DNA of 64,000 nucleotides from an uncultured delta proteobacterium (GTDB lineage: Bacteria > Myxococcota > Myxococcia > Myxococcales > Myxococcaceae). The first letter of the stretch is position 1. The number at the start of each line of letters is the position of its first letter. A program made the translations under genes and the position numbers. Of the stretch, positions 59,672 through 64,000 are shown in pieces. The stretch covers positions 32,001 to 96,000 of the forward strand of contig CAVYSY010000046.1 in assembly GCA_963771175.1 (NCBI GenBank), read 5' to 3'. Under the pieces are notes generated by a model. That model made no database searches. It was not told the origin of the DNA and saw only the letters and a program-made list of their open reading frames with translations.

Positions 59672-61125
59672 CGCACCTGGATGGCGTCGGCGATGACGTT
59701 GTAGCCCGTCGTGGTCCAACGGCTGAGCTGCACCTTGTTCCAGCCGGCCGGGAAGCTCCAGGTGCCGAGCGCGTTCCACTTGCCGCCGTTGAGCTGCTGG
59801 TTCACGTTCACCGTGGCCAGCTTGGTGCCGCTCGAGTTCCAGATGACGAAGGGCGCCGTCGTCGAGCGGTTGGTGCCCGCGGTCCACCAGGCGTCGATCG
59901 TCTTGGTGGCCGCCGCCGGCAGGTAGAACCAGAACGTCGCCGGGTCCGACACCGCCTGGGTGCTGGCGTAGTAGTAGCCCGAGCCGTAGTAGCCCGCCGT
60001 GGACGACGAGGAGATCCAGTTCGCCGACACCTCGATGTAGCCCTTGGTGGTGTCGTTGTTGGTGTTGTTGCTGTCGATGACCAGGCCCGTGGGCGTCGTC
60101 CCGCCCGAGGTCCACAGGTACGTCACGGTGACCCAGTCGTTGTTGCTCATCCCGAGGTCGTACCAGAACGTCCCATCGGCGAGGTCGATGCCCGCGGGAT
60201 TGGCTGGCCGGCGCCCGAACTGGTCATACCCGCCGTTGTAGCCGTCCTGGTACGCGGCCTGGGCCTCGGGCTTGCCCTGCGGCAGATCCTTCCACATCTC
60301 GCGGACACTCGAGGGATTCCAGTAGTCATCCTTCGTGTTCCAGGGGCCCACGTCCCAGACGGAAGTGGTCGTGCACTTGCCCGTCACCGAGTAGCACAAG
60401 CGCACCTGGTACTCGGTGCCTCCGTTGCTCGCGAGGGCCCGGCGCGACGGCAGCGCCACGAAGCGATCACTCGTCTTGATGACGTGGCCGTTGGCTGTCG
60501 TTCCGCCCACCAGCCCCTCGCGCGTGGCGAAGATGCGGTAGCTCAACGGCGTCGCCAGGGTCGCGAGCTCCTGGGAGGCGGTGCCCCCCTCCAGCGTTCC
60601 CTCCAGCTTCACCTCGTGCACCAGGGGCCCGCGGCCGTGGTCGTCCGACAGCAGCGCGAGCCTCACCTGCACCTCCGTGCCGGCCCAGGGCAGGCGCACG
60701 GCCTCTCCCGCGTTGGAGGTACGCCACTCGCTCCAGGCGCCGCCGTCCGCACGCACCCGGACATCCACCTCGACACCCATCCCCAGGGCACTCTTCGCCT
60801 GGAGCAGCGGCTGGATCGTGTCCACGGGCTGCTCCAGCCGGCGGGCCGGGAAGGTGTAGAGGCCGGTGAGCCTGAGCAGCCCTTCGGATCTGCGCATGAC
60901 GGCATAGGGCTCGAACAGCAGTCCCTCCCGGGTGCGCACCAGCTCGCCCGTGCCCTCTCCGGTGGCGAGCTCCTCCACCCAGCGCTGGGCGCTGGCGACA
61001 CCCGGCGCGGCGGGACGGAGCGACTCCGCGGCGGGCTCCTGGGGGGCCTCCGCGAGCGCGGCGCCTTCCGCCAGCGCTACTCCCAACATCATCGTCATGA
61101 AGGTGGACCGCAACATCGAGCGCAT
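59668..61125 (-). CDS. Exported protein with RlpA-like double-psi beta-barrel domain and C-terminal golvesin/CBM-like domain
   Basis: GGTTANG, FVALP, WDVGP, GIDLA; C-terminal [14 protein letters not shown]...VIADAIQ. Confidence 0.65.
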   Translation of the reverse strand: MRSMLRSTFMTMMLGVALAEGAALAEAPQEPAAESLRPAAPGVASAQRWVEELATGEGTGELVRTREGLLFEPYAVMRRSEGLLRLTGLYTFPARRLEQPVDTIQPLLQAKSALGMGVEVDVRVRADGGAWSEWRTSNAGEAVRLPWAGTEVQVRLALLSDDHGRGPLVHEVKLEGTLEGGTASQELATLATPLSYRIFATREGLVGGTTANGHVIKTSDRFVALPSRRALASNGGTEYQVRLCYSVTGKCTTTSVWDVGPWNTKDDYWNPSSVREMWKDLPQGKPEAQAAYQDGYNGGYDQFGRRPANPAGIDLADGTFWYDLGMSNNDWVTVTYLWTSGGTTPTGLVIDSNNTNNDTTKGYIEVSANWISSSSTAGYYGSGYYYASTQAVSDPATFWFYLPAAATKTIDAWWTAGTNRSTTAPFVIWNSSGTKLATVNVNQQLNGGKWNALGTWSFPAGWNKVQLSRWTTTGYNVIADAIQVR

Positions 61126-61256
61126 GGACCGACTCCTTGGAAATCGCGGGGGGAGCAGTGAATACGGGGTATTCGCTCCTTCCAGGAAGATGGCCCAGGC
61201 GCCTCTCGATCTCCAAGAAAAAATGGAATCCGTCTTCTGGCGACCCGTGGCGGCGC

Positions 61257-62208
<952 letters not shown>

Positions 62209-62361
62209 GTGGGGGCTCCTTGTGTTGAGGGTGGGGTCGCGGCGGGGGCGACCTGGCGCGCATCGTAGTCCGCCCTGGCGCGGCTGCACCCGGAGTTTCT
62301 CCAAGGAGGGGATTGTCCTTCTGGCTGCTGGCAGCGGAACTCCTGGACGGAGGTGCCTGGG

Positions 62362-64000
62362 CTACGGCGGACGCTCGCCGGGCAGGACCGCCGTGGGCTC
62401 CTCGCTCCTCGCCTCGGTGGGGATGTGCATCTGCCGGGTCTCCTGATCCATGCTCCGCACCGGGGCCAGGCCTCCCTGCCGCGCGAGCGCCTCCTGGACG
62501 AGCCGCGCCAGCTCCCGCTGCCCGTGAGGGTAGGGCGCGAGCTCTCCGGTCAGCTCACAGAGCTGCTCGCGCAGCCGGTGTCCTCGCTGCGTGCGGTCCA
62601 CCACCTGCCACTGCAGCAGGCCCATGATCGCCGCATCCAGTACAGGGGGGATCTCCGGCCGGACGGCCGAGGGCGGCACGAGGAAGGGCGGCGGGGCGCT
62701 GCGCACCGAGTTGGAAGCATCCTCCTTGTCGAAGACGAGCCGTCCCGTGAGCGCCTCGTGCAGCGTGAGGCCGAGCGCGAAGAGATCCGCGCGCCCGTCG
62801 AAGGGCTCGCCCCGGGCCTGCTCCGGGGCCAGATAGCCCAGCTTGCCGCGGACCCGGTCCACCTGGGTGAGGCGGACGTGGATGGCCGCTCGCGCCACCC
62901 CGAAGTCCCCCAGCTTCACCTCGCCGATGCGCGACAGCAGGATGTTGGGCGGATTCACGTCCCGGTGGATGAGGTTCAGCGGGGTGCCGTTGCTCGAGGT
63001 GCGCCGGTGCACGTAGTCGAGCGCATCGCCCAACTCGGCCCCGAGGTAGGCCACCACGGCCGGCGGCAGCGGCCCGTGACTCTTGAGCAGCTCGCGCAGG
63101 GACATGCCCTCGATGTGCTCCATGGCCATGAAGTAGGTGTCCGCGAAGCGGCCCACGTCGAGCACCTGGACGATGTTGGGGTGGTTGAGCAGCGAGCCCA
63201 GCTCCGCCTCCCGGCGGAACAGCGTCACGAAGTCCTCGTCCTCGGCGTAGGCCGGGAGGATGCGCTTGATGGCCACCACCTTCTCGAAGCCGCCCTCCGG
63301 GCTGTACGTGGCTCGGAACACCTCCGCCATGCCTCCCACCCCCAGCCGCTCGTGGAGGAAGTACTTGCCCAGCAGATCCTTCGCCCGGATGGCGTGCAGC
63401 GCCTCCTCGGCCTTGTGCGTGAGGTGGCCAGCCACCATCGCCGCCATCCACCCGGTGACGAAGTAGTAGCCCGCGCGCAGCACGATGATGGGCGGGGAGA
63501 ACATCAGCGGGATGGGCTCGACCAGCCGTGGCCAGGCCAGGAGGAAATAGAGCAGCACCGTCTCGGCGGCCACGACGCTGCCCGCGAAGAGGGCCAGGCT
63601 CCGTTTGGAGCGCAGCGCCGCGAGCAGGATGAACGCACTCCACAGGACGGCCATGGGGTTGGTCAGCGCCTGCTCGGCATCCGCGAAGAGGACGTCGCCG
63701 AGATAGAGGAACGCTCCGGTGGAGGTCTCCAGCGTGACGTTGACCCAGAGGATGGCGGGGTGGAACCACCCCCGCCGCAGCCGCCGGTGGAGCCACTCGT
63801 AATAGAGGGCGAAGAAGATGCACAGGCCCGCGACGGAGATGGAACGGGGCCAGCCGATGAGGGGCCCCAGCCCGAGCGTGGAGACGGTGAAGACGCAGGC
63901 CACCCTGCTGATGAACCGGGCCACCGAGGCCTCACGGGCGGCGGCGTCCGCCCGGAGGTGCTCGGCGAGTAACTTCGTGCCGAGCGGAGCCGCACTGGCT
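62362..64000 (-). CDS. Membrane-anchored Ser/Thr protein kinase (5' truncated by window)
   Basis: N-terminal TM segments; LGVGGMAEV, VAIK, HRDVNPPN, DFG, YLAPEQ; frame open to the window edge. Confidence 0.9.
   Translation of the reverse strand, partial: ASAAPLGTKLLAEHLRADAAAREASVARFISRVACVFTVSTLGLGPLIGWPRSISVAGLCIFFALYYEWLHRRLRRGWFHPAILWVNVTLETSTGAFLYLGDVLFADAEQALTNPMAVLWSAFILLAALRSKRSLALFAGSVVAAETVLLYFLLAWPRLVEPIPLMFSPPIIVLRAGYYFVTGWMAAMVAGHLTHKAEEALHAIRAKDLLGKYFLHERLGVGGMAEVFRATYSPEGGFEKVVAIKRILPAYAEDEDFVTLFRREAELGSLLNHPNIVQVLDVGRFADTYFMAMEHIEGMSLRELLKSHGPLPPAVVAYLGAELGDALDYVHRRTSSNGTPLNLIHRDVNPPNILLSRIGEVKLGDFGVARAAIHVRLTQVDRVRGKLGYLAPEQARGEPFDGRADLFALGLTLHEALTGRLVFDKEDASNSVRSAPPPFLVPPSAVRPEIPPVLDAAIMGLLQWQVVDRTQRGHRLREQLCELTGELAPYPHGQRELARLVQEALARQGGLAPVRSMDQETRQMHIPTEARSEEPTAVLPGERPP

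Overview
High-GC chromosomal window that looks myxobacterial (Archangium/Cystobacter-like, inferred from gene content). It opens with the core block thrS(3' end)-infC-rpmI-rplT-pheS-pheT-ihfA-tRNA-Pro-tRNA-Asp. About 57 kb of mostly accessory genes follow: a CHASE3 chemoreceptor, a LOG/trans-prenyltransferase-fold/Ham1 operon, a TAXI-type binding protein, tesB, an SsuABC/NMT1-type ABC transporter, several outer-membrane barrel and beta-propeller lipoprotein genes, a PilT paralog, VanW, an Rpn nuclease, an MFS transporter, a polyprenyl synthase-GbsR-GGCT cluster, a SitA-like toxin/immunity pair, two sensor kinases, an orphan GspE/PilB ATPase, a FIST protein and a Ser/Thr kinase. Best candidates for novelty: (1) a tightly spaced three-gene operon (8682-11008) in which a prenyltransferase-fold enzyme and a Ham1 pyrophosphatase have both lost their canonical substrate motifs next to an intact LOG, suggesting a pathway for a prenylated or otherwise modified nucleobase; (2) a 1 kb non-coding region between convergent genes (17123-18178) holding two clusters of ~48-bp degenerate repeats, a perfect palindrome and a strongly strand-skewed T/G tract. 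Six frameshifts in five genes are all single-base insertions and probably reflect sequencing error. All family calls come from motif recognition by eye; no searches were run.
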